A stretch of 64,000 bases of DNA, taken from assembly GCF_902713615.1 (NCBI RefSeq), contig NC_052174.1, forward strand, positions 14,068,514-14,132,513. Reading direction: 5' to 3'. Source of the DNA: Scyliorhinus canicula (Eukaryota). Under the pieces are notes generated by a model that saw only the letters and a program-made list of their open reading frames with translations, searched no databases and was not told where the DNA came from. Within the stretch, counting starts at the first letter, position 1. Each line of letters starts with the position of its first letter. Both the position numbers and the translations under genes were made by a program. Shown in pieces: positions 49,691-62,400 of this stretch.

Positions 49691-49819
49691 GGCACCAGAA
49701 AGGTACTCGACGAATCCGGGGGTGCCGTCCACATTAATAATATGGAGACAAAAACGAACATTGAGACAACTCTGCCAACACTATGAGTTGGGGGCTGCCT
49801 GAAGGTTGGAGAGGGTGAA

Positions 49820-50019
49820 NNNNNNNNNNNNNNNNNNNNNNNNNNNNNNNNNNNNNNNNNNNNNNNNNNNNNNNNNNNNNNNNNNNNNNNNNNNNNNNNN
49901 NNNNNNNNNNNNNNNNNNNNNNNNNNNNNNNNNNNNNNNNNNNNNNNNNNNNNNNNNNNNNNNNNNNNNNNNNNNNNNNNNNNNNNNNNNNNNNNNNNNN
50001 NNNNNNNNNNNNNNNNNNN
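49820..50019. other. Assembly gap (200 N)
   Basis: N run. Confidence 1.
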
Positions 50020-50049
50020 GGCAACAACACAAACTCACTTCTTATTACA

Positions 50050-53000
50050 CTCAGTGTGTGTGGGACCCGTACCCCAGTGAGAGTCAGTGTGTGTGGGACC
50101 CGTACCCCAGTGAGAGTCAGTGTGTGTGGGACCACAGTGAGAGTCAGTGTGTGTGGGTCCCCAGTGAGAGTCAGTGTGTGTGGGACCCGTACCCCAGTGA
50201 GAGTCAGTGTGTGTGGGTCCCGTACCCCAGTGAGAGTCAGTGTGTGTGGGACCCGTACCCCAGTGAGAGTCAGTGTGTGTGGGACCCGTACCCCAGTGAG
50301 AGTCAGTGTGTGTGGGACCCGTACCCCAGTGAGAGTCAGTGTGTGTGGGACCCGTACCCCAGTGAGAGTCAGTGTGTGTGGGACCCGTACCCCAGTGAGA
50401 GTCAGTGTGTGTGGGACCCGTACCCCAGTGAGAGTCAGTGTGTGTGGGACCCGTACCCCAGTGAGAGTCAGTGTGTGTGGGACCCGTTACCCCAGTGAGA
50501 GTCAGTGTGTGTGGGACCCGTACCCCAGTGAGAGTCAGTGTGTGTGGGACCCGTACCCCAGTGAGAGTCAGTGTGTGTGGGACCCGTACCCCAGTGAGAG
50601 TCAGTGTGTGTGGGACTCATACCCCAGTGAGAGTCAGTGTGTGTGGGACCCGTACCCCAGTGAGAGTCAGTGTGTGTGGGACCCGTACCCCAGTGAGAGT
50701 CAGTGTGTGTGAGACCTGTACCCCAGTGAGAGTCAGTGTGTGTGGGACCCATACCCCAGTGAGAGTCAGTGTGTGTGGGACCCGTACCCCAGTGAGAGTC
50801 AGTGTGTGTGGGACCCGTACCCCAGTGAGAGTCAGTGTGTGTGGGACCCGTACCCCAGTGAGAGTCAGTGTGTGTGGGACCTGTACCCCAGTGAGAGTCA
50901 GTGTGTGTGGGACCCCAGTGAGAGTCAGTGTGTGTGGGACCCGTACCCCAGTGAGAGTCAGTGTGTGTGGGACCCGTACCCCAGTGAGAGTCAGTGTGTG
51001 TGGGACCCCAGTGAGAGTCAGTGTGTGTGGGACCCGTACCCCAGTGAGAGTCAGTGTGTGTGGGACACGTACCCCAGTGAGAGTCAGTGTGTGTGGGACC
51101 CGTACCCCAGTGAGAGTCAGTGTGTGTGGGACCCGTACCCCAGTGAGAGTCAGTGTGTGTGGGACCCCGTACCCCAGTGAGAGTCAGTGTGTGTGGGACC
51201 CGTACCCCAGTGAGAGTCAGTGTGTGTGGGACCCGTACCCCAGTGAGAGTCAGTGTGTGTGGGACCCTGTACCCCAGTGAGAGTCAGTGTGTGTGGGACC
51301 CGTACCCCAGTGAGAGTCAGTGTGTGTGGGACCCGTACCCCAGTGAGAGTCAGTGTGTGTGGGACCCGTACCCCAGTGAGAGTCAGTGTGTGTGGGACCC
51401 GTACCCCAGTGAGAGTCAGTGTGTGTGGGACCCGTACCCCAGTGAGAGTCAGTGTGTGTGGGACCCGTACCCCAGTGAGAGTCAGTGTGTGTGGGACCCG
51501 TACCCCAGTGAGAGTCAGTGTGTGTGGGACCCGTACCCCAGTGAGAGTCAGTGTGTGTGGGACCCGTACCCCAGTGAGAGTCAGTGTGTGTGGGACCCGT
51601 ACCCCAGTGAGAGTCAGTGTGTGTGGGACCCGTACCCCAGTGAGAGTCGGTGTGTGTGGGACCCGTACCCCAGTGAGAGTCAGTGTGTGTGGGACCCGTA
51701 CCCCAGTGAGAGTCAGTGTGTGTGGGACCCGTACCCCAGTGAGAGTCAGTGTGTGTGGGACCGTACCCCAGTGAGAGTCAGTGTGTGTGGGACCCCGTAC
51801 CCCAGTGAGAGTCAGTGTGTGTGGGACCCGTACCCCAGTGAGAGTCAGTGTGTGTGGGACCCGTACCCCAGTGAGAGTCAGTGTGTGTGGGACCCGTACC
51901 CCAGTGAGAGTCAGTGTGTGTGGGACCCGTACCCCAGTGAGAGTCAGTGTGTGTGGGACCCGTACCCAGTGAGAGTCAGTGTGTGTGGGACCCGTACCCC
52001 AGTGAGAGTCAGTGTGTGTGGGACCCGTACCCCAGTGAGAGTCAGTGTGTGTGGGACCCGTACCCCAGTGAGAGTCAGTGTGTGTGGGACCCGTACCCCA
52101 GTGAGAGTCAGTGTGTGTGGGACCCGTACCCCAGTGAGAGTCAGTGTGTGTGGGACCCGTACCCCAGTGAGCGTCAGTGTGTGTGGGACCCGTACCCCAG
52201 TGAGAGTCAGTGTGTGTGGGACCCGTACCCCAGTGAGAGTCAGTGTGTGTGGGACCCGTACCCCAGTGAGAGTCAGTGTGTGTGGGACCCGTACCCCAGT
52301 GAGAGTCAGTGTGTGTCAGTCTGTACCCCAGTGAGAGTCAGTGTGTGTGGGACCCAGTACCCCAGTGAGAGTCAGTGTGTGTGGGACCCGTACCCCAGTG
52401 AGAGTCAGTGTGTGTGGGACCCGTACCCCAGTGAGAGTCAGTGTGTGTGGGGCCCGTACCCCAGTGAGAGTCAGTGTGTGTGGGACCCGTACCCCAGTGA
52501 GAGTCAGTGTGTGTGGGACCCGTACCCCAGTGAGAGTCAGTGTGTGTGGGACCCGTACCCCAGTGAGAGTCAGTGTGTGTGGGAACCCATACCCCAGTGA
52601 GAGTCAGTGTGTGTGGGACCCGTACCCCAGTGAGAGTCAGTGTGTGTGGGACCCGTACCCCAGTGAGAGTCAGTGTGTGTGGGACCCGTACCCCAGTGAG
52701 AGTCAGTGTGTGTGAGACCCGTACCCCAGTGAGAGTCAGTGTGTGTGGGACCCGATACCCCAGTGAGAGTCAGTGTGTGTGGAACCCGTACCCCAGTGAG
52801 AGTCAGTGTGTGTGGGACCCGTACCCCAGTGAGAGTCAGTGTGTGTGGGACCCGTACCCCAGTGAGAGTCAGTGTGTGTGGGACCCGTACCCCAGTGAGA
52901 GTCAGTGTGTGTGGGACCCGTACCCCAGTGAGAGTCAGTGTGTGTGGGACCCGTACCCCAGTGAGAGTCAGTGTGTGGGACCCGTACCCCAGTGAGAGTC

Positions 53001-53710
53001 AGTGTGTGTGGGACCCGTACCCCAGTGAGAGTCAGTGTGTGTGGGACCCGTACCCCAGTGAGAGTCAGTGTGTGTGGGACCCCAGTGAGAGTCAGTGTGT
53101 GGAACCCGTACCCCAGTGAGAGTCAGTGTGTGTGGGACCCGTACCCCAGTGAGAGTCAGTGTGTGTGGGACCCGTACCCCAGTGAGAGTCAGTGTGTGTG
53201 GGACCCGTACCCCAGTGAGAGTCAGTGTGTGTGGGACCCGTACCCCAGTGAGAGTCAGTGTGTGTGGGACCCGTACCCCAGTGAGAGTCAGTGTGTGTGG
53301 GACCCGTACCCCAGTGAGAGTCAGTGTGTGTGGGACCGTACCCCAGTGAGAGTCAGTGTGTGTGGGACCCCAGTGAGAGTCAGTGTGTGGGACCCGTACC
53401 CCAGTGAGAGTCAGTGTGTGTGGGACCACCAGTGAGAGTCAGTGTGTGTGGGACCCGTACCCCAGTGAGAGTCAGTGTGTGTGGGACCCGTACCCAGTGA
53501 GAGTCAGTGTGTGTGGGACCCGTACCCCAGTGAGAGTCAGTGTGTGTGGGACCCGTACCCCAGTGAGAGTCAGTGTGTGTGGGACCCGTACCCCAGTGAG
53601 AGTCAGTGTGTGTGGGACCCCAGTGAGGGTCAGTGTGTGTGGGACCCGTACCCCAGTGAGAGTCAGTGTGTGTGGGACCCGTACCCCAGTGAGAGTCAGT
53701 GTGTGGAACT
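50050..53710. repeat. 3.7-kb 33-bp satellite CAGTGTGTGTGGGACCCGTACCCCAGTGAGAGT
   Basis: About 110 highly homogeneous copies next to the gap. Confidence 0.97.
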
Positions 53711-54347
53711 GTACCTAACAATGTGAGGTGTGGTGATGCTGACTGTACTTCTGAGTTATTGGTGTGGTCGAATTTGGTTAATTTGGTAAAAGCGACATGA
53801 TTAATTCCGCTCCCCTGTGCGTTCGAGCGCGAACTGGAAGAGTTCAGTTTGTGTGTGAAATATTCGGGTGGGGCAGAGTTTCCAGCATCTTCTGTTTACT
53901 GAATATATCCCAGCGTTTGCTTTACAAACAGTAAATTCTGGAAAGAGGAACAGGGAACAGGCAGCCCTTGTGGTGAAGAAAAGCTGTTGACCTTTCTGCT
54001 CTGTGACCTTTCACTGCAGACAGATGGAGAAGTGACGGATTTACAGGAAGTACAGAGACCAGGCAGAGCGAGGGAAGGGAGCAGGTGGGCAAAATATCAA
54101 CCGGGTCGCTCTGAGATTGGGCGGGACGCCAGAGAAATCAAACCATTAAAGGGGGATGATGGTGCAAGACAGCAAGAGCTTGTCCTGAAAATGAATTCAG
54201 AATCGCAGAGTGTGGCGACGCAGTGGTTAGCACTGCTGCCTCACGGCGCCGAAGACCCGGGTTCGACCCCGGCCCCAGGTCACTGCCCGTGTGGAGTTTG
54301 CACGTTCTCCCCGTGTCTGCGTGGGTCTCACCCCCCACTACCCAAAA

Positions 54348-55327
54348 ATTACATAGATGATTTGGAGTTGGGGACCAAGGGCAATGTGCCCAAGTTTGCA
54401 GACGACACTAAGATGAGTGGTAAAGCGAAAAGTGCAGAGGATACCGGAAGTCTGCAGAGGGATTTGGATAGGTTAAGTGAATGGGCTCGGGTCTGGCAGA
54501 TGGAATACAATGTTGACAAATGTGAGGTTATCCATTTTGGTAGGAATAACAGCAAACGGGATTATTATTTAAACGATAAAATATTAAAGCATGCCGCTGT
54601 GCAGAGAGACTTGGGTGTGCTAGTGCATGAGTCACAGAAAGTTGGTTTACAGATGCAACAGGTGATTAAGAAGGCAAATGGAATTTTGTCCTTCATTGCT
54701 AGAGGGATGGAGTTTAAGACTAGGGAGGTTATGTTGCAATTGTATAAGGTGTTAGTGAGGCCACACCTGGAGTATTGTGTTCAGTTTTGGTCTCCTTACT
54801 TGAGAAAGGACGTACTGGCACTGGAGGGTGTGCAGAGGAGATTCACTAGGTTAATCCCAGAGCTGAACGGGTTGGATTATGAGGAGAGTTTGAGTAGACT
54901 GGGACTGTACTCGTTGGAATTTAGAAGGATGAGGGGGGATCTTATAGAAACATTAAAAATTATGAAGGGAATAGATAGGATAGATGCGGGCAGGTTGTTT
55001 CCACTGGCGGGTGAAAGCAGAACTAGGGGACATAGCCTCAAAATAAGGGGAAGTAGATTTAGAACTGAGTTTAGGAGGAACTTCTTCACCCAAAGGGTTG
55101 TGAATCTATGGAATTCCTTGCCCAGTGAAGCAGTTGAGGCTCCTTCATTAAATGTTTTTAAGGTAAAGATAGATAGTTGTTTGAAGAATAAAGGGATTAA
55201 GGGTTATGGTGTTCAGGCCGGAAAGTGGAGCTGAGTCCACAAAAGATCAGCCATGCCCCCATTGAATGGCAGAGCAGGCTCGAGGGGCCAGATGGCCGAC
55301 TCCTGCTCCTAGTTCTTATGTTCTTAT
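54348..55327 (+). mobile_element. 5'-truncated CR1 LINE with uninterrupted ORF2 end, inserted within a SINE (54212-54347 / 55328-55405)
   Basis: [47 protein letters not shown]; (GTTCTTAT)n tail. Confidence 0.92.
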
Positions 55328-55687
55328 GTGCAGGGCGAGGTGGATTGACACACGCTAAATTGCCCCTTAATTGTAAACAAGATAATTGGGTGCTCTAAAT
55401 TATTTTTAGAAAGTAACGCAAAGTGTTCGAGAGGGGGTCTGAAGGGCCGGATCTGCCTTTTCTGATGTCCTTTGAACAAGTTTGGGCAGAGTGGTGTCAT
55501 TTGAAGGTGTTGAACACAGTGTTGCATCCAAAAAGTTGTACATCAGTGACAGGCAACCTGGGACTATGAGTCCCCTTCAACTCAGGAGGTTGCAAGATTG
55601 AAATCAGGTGGTAACCATGACCCAATGAATAAGATTAAATCCATATCGTGCTCCCCGACCCGCAGGAACATAAAGCTATCGACCAGG

Positions 55688-56050
55688 GGTAGCACGGTAG
55701 CATTGTGGATAGCACAATCGCTTCACAGCTCCAGGGTCCCAGGTTCGATTCCCGGCTTGGGTCACTGTCTGTGCGGAGTCTGCACATCCTCCCCGTGTGT
55801 GCGTGGGTTTCCTCCGGGTGCTCCGGTTTCCTCCCACAGTCCAAAGATGTGCGGGTTAGGGTGGATTGGCCGTGATAAATTGCCCTTAGTGTCCAAAATT
55901 GCCCTTAGTGTTGGGTGGGGTTACTGGGTTATGGGGATAGGGTGGAGTTGTTGACCTTGGGTAGGGTGCTCTTTCCAAGAGCCGGTGCAGACTCGATGGG
56001 CTGAATGGCCTCCTTCTGCACTGTAAATTCTATGAAATCTATTTCTATGA
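55688..56050 (+). mobile_element. tRNA-derived V-SINE with CR1-like tail. Other copies near 6188-6503, 9055-9362, 15200-15425, 24765-25075, 34232-34686, 35085-35385, 48055-48365
   Basis: Pol III A/B boxes (GGTTCGATTCC); GTGGATTGGCC..TAAATTGCCC core; tail ATGGCCTCCTTCTGCACTGTAAATTCTATGA. Confidence 0.85.
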
Positions 56051-56094
56051 AATCTCCACTTCGGAGCCATTGATGCAGACGGGGGGGGGGGGGG

Positions 56095-56218
56095 GGGCTC
56101 CGCTTCCTGAAGTCGATGATCAGTTCCTTGGTCTTTCTGACATTTAAAGAAAGTTTGTTTTCGGTACACCATGCAACCAAGTCATCTATCTCCCTTCTGT
56201 AGTCTGATTCGTCGTTGT
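56095..56218 (-). mobile_element. Rex1/Babar-type LINE RT fragment
   Basis: DESDYRREIDDLVAWCTENKLSLNVRKTKELIIDFRK. Confidence 0.65.
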
Positions 56219-56732
56219 AAATGGTAAAAACGGGCAAAACGGGTAAAATTCCTCCTCATCTCAGTTTTAAGGTGGCACAGTGGGTTAGCCCTGCTGCCTC
56301 ACGGCGCCGAGGACCCGGGTTCGATCCCGGCCCTGGGTCACTGTCCGTGTGGAGTTTGCACATTCTCCCCGTGTTTGCGTGGGTCTCACCCCCACCACCC
56401 AAAGATGTGCAGGGTAGGTGGATTGGCCGTGCTAAATTGCCCCTTAATTGGGAAAAATGAATTGGGTACTCTAAATTTAGGAAAAAAAAGTAAATGGTAA
56501 AAACAAAATTAATATTTACACTTTGGACATAGGGAGGGCATGTCTCACAGTCAATGTAGGCAGCGATCAGCACGCACCGCACTTCACTCACTCCCGCTTT
56601 ACGTACGAATCACTTCAGCCATACCGGTCGGAAAAAAAACTTTGCCGACGGAAGTGGCAGCCCTGCCCAAGGGCGACGGTGAACAAAGTGTTTACCCATC
56701 GCTGGCTGTAAAGTGTCTCACTGAAAGACGAG

Positions 56733-58197
56733 GGGCTGGGTTCTCCACACCCCGATGCCGAAATCGCGGCCGGCGTGAGGGGGGGGGGGGGGGGCGGAGG
56801 CTCCATTCTCCCCCAGAAAACTGGGAGCACCGGCGGCTCGCCGATTCTGCGGGCCCCGAAAAGCTGCCTACTCGGGTAGGACGCCGCCCAGCACCTCCCT
56901 GGGGCCATTGCCAGAGGCCTACTCCGCCCCTGACCGGACAAAGTCCTGACCGCGCCGATCTAATGTGGTCCGCCGCCCTGGTCGACCGGAGGGCGGGGGG
57001 TGGGGGGGCCTTTGTAGGCAGCCGGGAAATGTTTGTGCGGGCGGAGAGAGTCGGGCGCGCGGCCAAGCGAGGGGGGGTTTATTTCTCGGGTCCAGCTCCG
57101 TGGTCCGAGTCCGCCATGGAGCACGAGGCAGCCGCTGGAGGCCGGCGCCTGCACGACCTCTGACCCGGAAGTGCGGGGGCCCGTATCTGCAGCAGAGGCT
57201 GCTGGATCTGGTGCTATGTCTTTTCGTCCGACGTCATTTCGTCCAACGACACTTCGTCCACGTCTTTTGGTCCAACGTCTTTTTGTCCGCCCGTCTTTTG
57301 GTCCAACGTCACTTCGTCCAATTATCCAATTACAAATAGTTTAATTTAGTTTTTCAATGTTACTGCTCAAGGATCCTCTCCACCTATTTTGCCTCTTGAT
57401 GTTGAGTTCTGCATTTGTGCTGCTTGATCTCCAGACATTATTAAGATAAGCTGCAGGATATTCACCCATGTATGCTCCAGCGTGATGAGAGCCATTGTAT
57501 CTGATGGAATATTTGATCATTTCAGACCTGTAATGTCAGAACCCACTGCCAACCAGAGGTTTTAATCACTCGACGAAAATCGAGTTTAAACCTGCTTCTT
57601 TCAGAACTGCACTCATTGTCTAAATCCAATTAGACTCCCACTTATATCTGTGTCTGTCGGAATTGTAGAATATCAAATCATCTTGTCCTCTCCCCATTAT
57701 TCTCTCGCGGGTACAGTTCTGGAAATCTAACTTTTAGGGAATTTCGGGAATTTACAATTTACATCAATTTTAAGTAATTTTGGGAATTTTAAGTAATTAG
57801 AAAACTTTTAGATTTTTTAACTGCACTTTTAGATTTTTTAACTGTTTAACTGCATTTTTCAACTTGCATTTTACTTGCATTTTATCAATTACTTGCATTT
57901 TAACAATTAAATTAACTTGCTGTATTGTACTTGCATTTTATCAATTAAATGGTTTTATACGGAGTTAATTTGTAATTGGATAATTGGACGAAGTGACGTT
58001 GGACCAAAAGACGTGGACGAAGTGTCGTTGGACGAAGTGACGTCGGACGAAAAGACGCGACACGGCTGGATCTACACCGGGTCCCCGCTAGCCCCCTGCA
58101 GGGTTAGGAATATGTGGCCCTTTCAAGCCATTTCTTTCTGGCGTGAAACCACAGTTTTGATGTCGGTATGGGCATCAAACGATGGAGAATCCAGCCC
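56733..58197. mobile_element. GC-rich MITE (Harbinger-like?) hosting the foldback element
   Basis: TIR GGGCTGGGTTCTCC...GGAGAATCCAGCCC; only an imperfect 3-bp flanking match. Confidence 0.5.
57210..58064. mobile_element. Non-autonomous Mutator/foldback-like DNA element
   Basis: About 100-130 bp inverted termini built of ~15-bp subrepeats; 9-bp TSD GCTGGATCT (57201-09, 58065-73). Confidence 0.78.
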
Positions 58198-59434
58198 GAA
58201 GTGCTGTTCTTTGAGTTTATGTCGAATGATCCATTCAATGTGGAGGTTGGTAGGGAGGAGAGGGTGAAGGAAATCCGATCGCGACTCTGTGAAGGAGGGG
58301 ATGGGGGTCAAGGCCCCAAGTTAACACAGCCTCTCCTCCCTGTGGTATCCACGTTGCCCGGCCTGGAGCCCAGTTGCTAATCCGAATTCCCCCAGCTCCC
58401 TGAGTTTGGTTCAATCAGTAATAGGCGAGTGATTAAATCGCCTTGTCCTGTCCATGCCCCAGTGCCCACACAATATGTTCTTTCCAGTGTTTGCTATAGT
58501 GGGATGGGGCATTGTCCTTTACTGAATGTATCATAATGTTTGCCTTACTCATTGCTGCTCTGAGCAAGCGCTGGTTTTTGGCGTCAAACGATTCGGCTGA
58601 AAACCAAATGGGAAATAACCGGGACAAAAAGACCGGCAAGAATTGAATTTGTGAAGAAGCGGGGAAGGTGAAGACTAAAAAAAATAAATTTGAATAAGAT
58701 AAAAAGGGGAATTGATAAGGGCAGATGTCTGGAGGGGGGGTTTGACCTGTGATTGAGAATCGCAGTGAGAAAAGCAAGTGCTTACTTGCACAAAAGACTG
58801 TTGCACAATATGAGAGTGCCACGCCGTTAAGGGTAAAGTAGTAGCACGGATAGAGGATTGGTTAACTAACAGAAAGCAAAGAGTGGGGATAAATGGGTCT
58901 TTCTCTGGTTGGCGATCAGTAGCTAGTGGTGTCCCTCAGGGATCAGTGTTGGGACCACAATTGTTCACAGTTTACAAAGATGATTTGGAGTTGGGGGACC
59001 AATTGTAATGTGTCCAAGTTTGCAGATGACACTAAGATGAGTGGGAGAGCAAAGTGTGCAGAGGAAGTTTATAAAATCATTAGGGGTATAGATAGGGTGA
59101 ACAGTTGGAGGCTTTTTCCCAGGGCGGAAGTAACATTTACAAGGGGGTACAGGGTGAAGGTGAGGGAGGGACAGGTTCAGTGGAGAGGTGCGGGGGAAGT
59201 TTTTTTACGCAGAGGGTGGTGATGGCCTGGAATGTATTGCCAAGTGAGGTGGTTGAGGCAGATACGTTAGCGACCTTTAAGACTTATCTGGATAGGCACA
59301 TAAACAGACGTGGTATAGAGGGATACAGGTGGTTGGTCTACATAGGACATGTGATTGGCGCAGGCTGCATTGTTCTTTGTTATTTGACACTGGAAGTCTG
59401 CAGAGGGCTGTAGATAGTTTCAGTAACGGTGCAA

Positions 59435-62400
59435 TGTTAGACGTTTAGCTGCTGTTGTATAAAGAGTCAAAGGTTCTGCTCCTTTTCCACAAACACCTTT
59501 AATTTCCTTCAGCAGACTCTGCACAAACTCTAACATCACATCACCGACACAAAGGCCTCCTGAAGCACCTTTACATATCCGTGTCAATTATTGGATACTT
59601 AACATAAATGAGACAACTAATTGGAATGGCACTTAACCCATTATTTAACAGTCTCCCCTTCCGTGGAGAAAAAAATAATTAGGTGAAAACAAAATTACAA
59701 GAAACTCAAAAACACGCAATATCCCCCCTTCTTTTCGTTTCATTTTTGGAAGAAAAAAGTCACAGAAACAGGCGCCCTTCATGAACAATATCCAAAGGTT
59801 TCTGTCAGCTAGCCCCTTTTTTTGTAAAATAGTGACAATTGATAGCTACTGTCGACCCATTTAATTTTTGCTATTGCCTCTCTGTCCAAAATCTGCTTCA
59901 AACCTTGCGATGTCTATCCTCAACCTTTTTTTATTGACATGTTTTATAGAGTGTACATTTTCCCACAGGGATTTATGATCAATGTGACATTCAATAGGCA
60001 TATTACCCTAATCCCAAAATTTCTTTGAAACCATTGCGTCTTTTTGTGAAACCCAGCCATGGCTAATTGCTATTGGGCTGATGCTTTCTAAATAAGATTG
60101 CTGACGTAAAGTTGCCCCTAATTTAGTCTGTCCGATTTTCAGTCCAATATATTTAAATGCACCGGAAGCCTTACTTCCAACCCTAAATTCTTTCCTCAAA
60201 CCAGAGATTATAATAGCTTCGAAATCACGAGTCCCATCCCACAAAAAATCATCGTCATGCATCATAAAGATGCAGAAAGATTTCCTTTATAGTACCAGTA
60301 AAACATTGCAGGATCTGCTTTCAACTGGCGGCAGCCTAACTTTAACAAAACTGACCTTAACGAAAAATACCAGACTCTAGACGCATCATTTAATCCACAT
60401 ACACATTTGTTCAACTTCTAGAGTACGCCTTCTGTGTTAGCTGCTTCTTTAGGAGGACGGAGAAAAATGTCTCTCTGGAGCTGATGCCCCTGCAAGAAGG
60501 CAGCTTTTATATCTATAGATTTGCAGTCCCATGCCTTTGTGGCTAATAGAGCCAAGAAGATCTTTAAAATAACCTTTCCTGCCGTAGGTGAATCTACCCT
60601 TAAATCCTGATCTACGTTTTCTTCAAATCCCCTTGCCACAAGCCTGGCCTTTGACTTATCAGTTCCATCTGGAAGAATCTTTTCCGTGCAAATCCATCTG
60701 TGGGAAAGAGCTCTATCCGGTACTTCCGTGTATACCCCAAATTCACTCCAACTACGCAGTTCTTGCTGTTTGGTATCTTTGATAACTTTTTCATCTAACT
60801 TATTGGAAGCCTCCAAAATCTCACGTGCATGTGGGCTTCTACTCCTGGTAGTATTTGTAGTCTTACTCATGTTCCAAGACCTTGATAAGCTACGTCCCCT
60901 CTCCCGCCTGGTATCTCGTTCTGTTCTGCTACTGCTTGATCTTTCCCTTCTGCTGTGGGATGTCCTTTCAATAGTTCTCGACCTTTTCCTGCGGACCTGC
61001 TCACTATCCGATGTACTATCTGAACAGGCACTGCGTTTCTGTGCCCTCCATTTTTGAACTTTGTTTTCCCAATCCATTGTCTTGACTCCCTCCCCTGAAT
61101 GCTGTACATTCAACCAATGTTTATACTTTCCAGTGGCCTTTCCCTGCTCTACTAATAACAGTTGCCTCCTGCCATTGACTAGCCCCTTCAGGTAAGTATG
61201 TCACTTTTGTACCAACTTTTGGCAGATGTCCTTTCGGGAAAATGGCATGTTCTAATTCATCAGAAGTGTTGTGTTCCTCTACAGAAACCCTGTCTGTATC
61301 GGTTAACTGGTCCTCATAGTTCTGTAACACGTGCATACCAGATGACCGTTGTAGCCACCTAAGATGGACACTGGGCTACAAAATGGAGAACTGCTAAGGC
61401 TGCAGGGAGAAAACAGTCTTAGCAAGGACAAGCAGTTTGCAGAAGGCTAATTAGCATTCTGCACGTACAGAAACCAGTTTATGGCCAGGTGCAGAATCTC
61501 AGCTAAAGGTGTAAATGGCAACAACGATTTACATAGTAATGGGGTGATCCAGATCCAGGCCCACACAATAGAAACATTTAGGTTTGAATGGATACTTTGA
61601 GTAGACGCCCAGACGAAACGGCACCATAAGTATCCATCACAAAGCACCATAGAGACCGCCCCACCCATCGAGAAGCGACCCTCAGATTGGGGCGTTTGGA
61701 AAATATCGATTGGGAGAAGACCCAATCGATATACAGCAGGTAGAGACCGCCCCGAAGAGGCACGGACTTTGGGGGGACCTATAAAAGTAGACCCCGCACA
61801 TGGTCCGGTCTGTTGTTGCTCCGGTTTGCTGTTGTTTTGGCTCCGGCTCTCTGCTGTCTTCATCGCTTTGCTGATACATCGCATCCTGACTCCAGTTCCA
61901 TCACCAGCCGTTGAGCTACCAGCCATCGAACTGTAAGTGTCACCACGACGATCGCTACGTGATCCAGACTTGCTAGACCCTGACGACCTTTAATACCTGA
62001 GAGTTGCAGACCAAGAACGGGACGAAGGCCTCGCTCCCTGACCTTGCCTGTTCCTGTTTAGATAAGTATTTTAGTCGTTTAGTTTAGAAGTAACTTAGTC
62101 TCTTAACTTATGCATGTGTATTTATTATATTTGTTATAATAAATATCAATCGTTTGAACTTACTAATCGGTGTACAGATTTAATACTTTGAACCTGACCT
62201 TGATATACTTGTGAGGTGTCTAAATACGGCACCTGGCGACTCCTGAGCTGAATTACATACACAGAGCTGTAGTAGTGTTAAGCACACGGCCTTTAAACGG
62301 AGGCGTGTTAATACACTCCAATAAAACACGTAACACTCAAGTAAAACGTGCAACACCGTGCTTCCTTGTCATGTCTGACTGCTGTGTCTAAATTTGAAAA

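Noticed and set aside
49564-49761. Signal-peptide-like ORF MFVFVSILLMW...
   Set aside because: Largely antisense to an L1 ORF2 fragment, with no gene structure.
50050-53710. CRISPR-like array or repetitive protein (SESQCVWDPYP)n
   Set aside because: Head-to-tail repeats without unique spacers, no cas genes, eukaryotic context; ORFs in several frames arise from a stop-poor unit.
55688-55760. tRNA genes
   Set aside because: A/B boxes belong to SINE heads and continue into SINE bodies; no complete cloverleaf.
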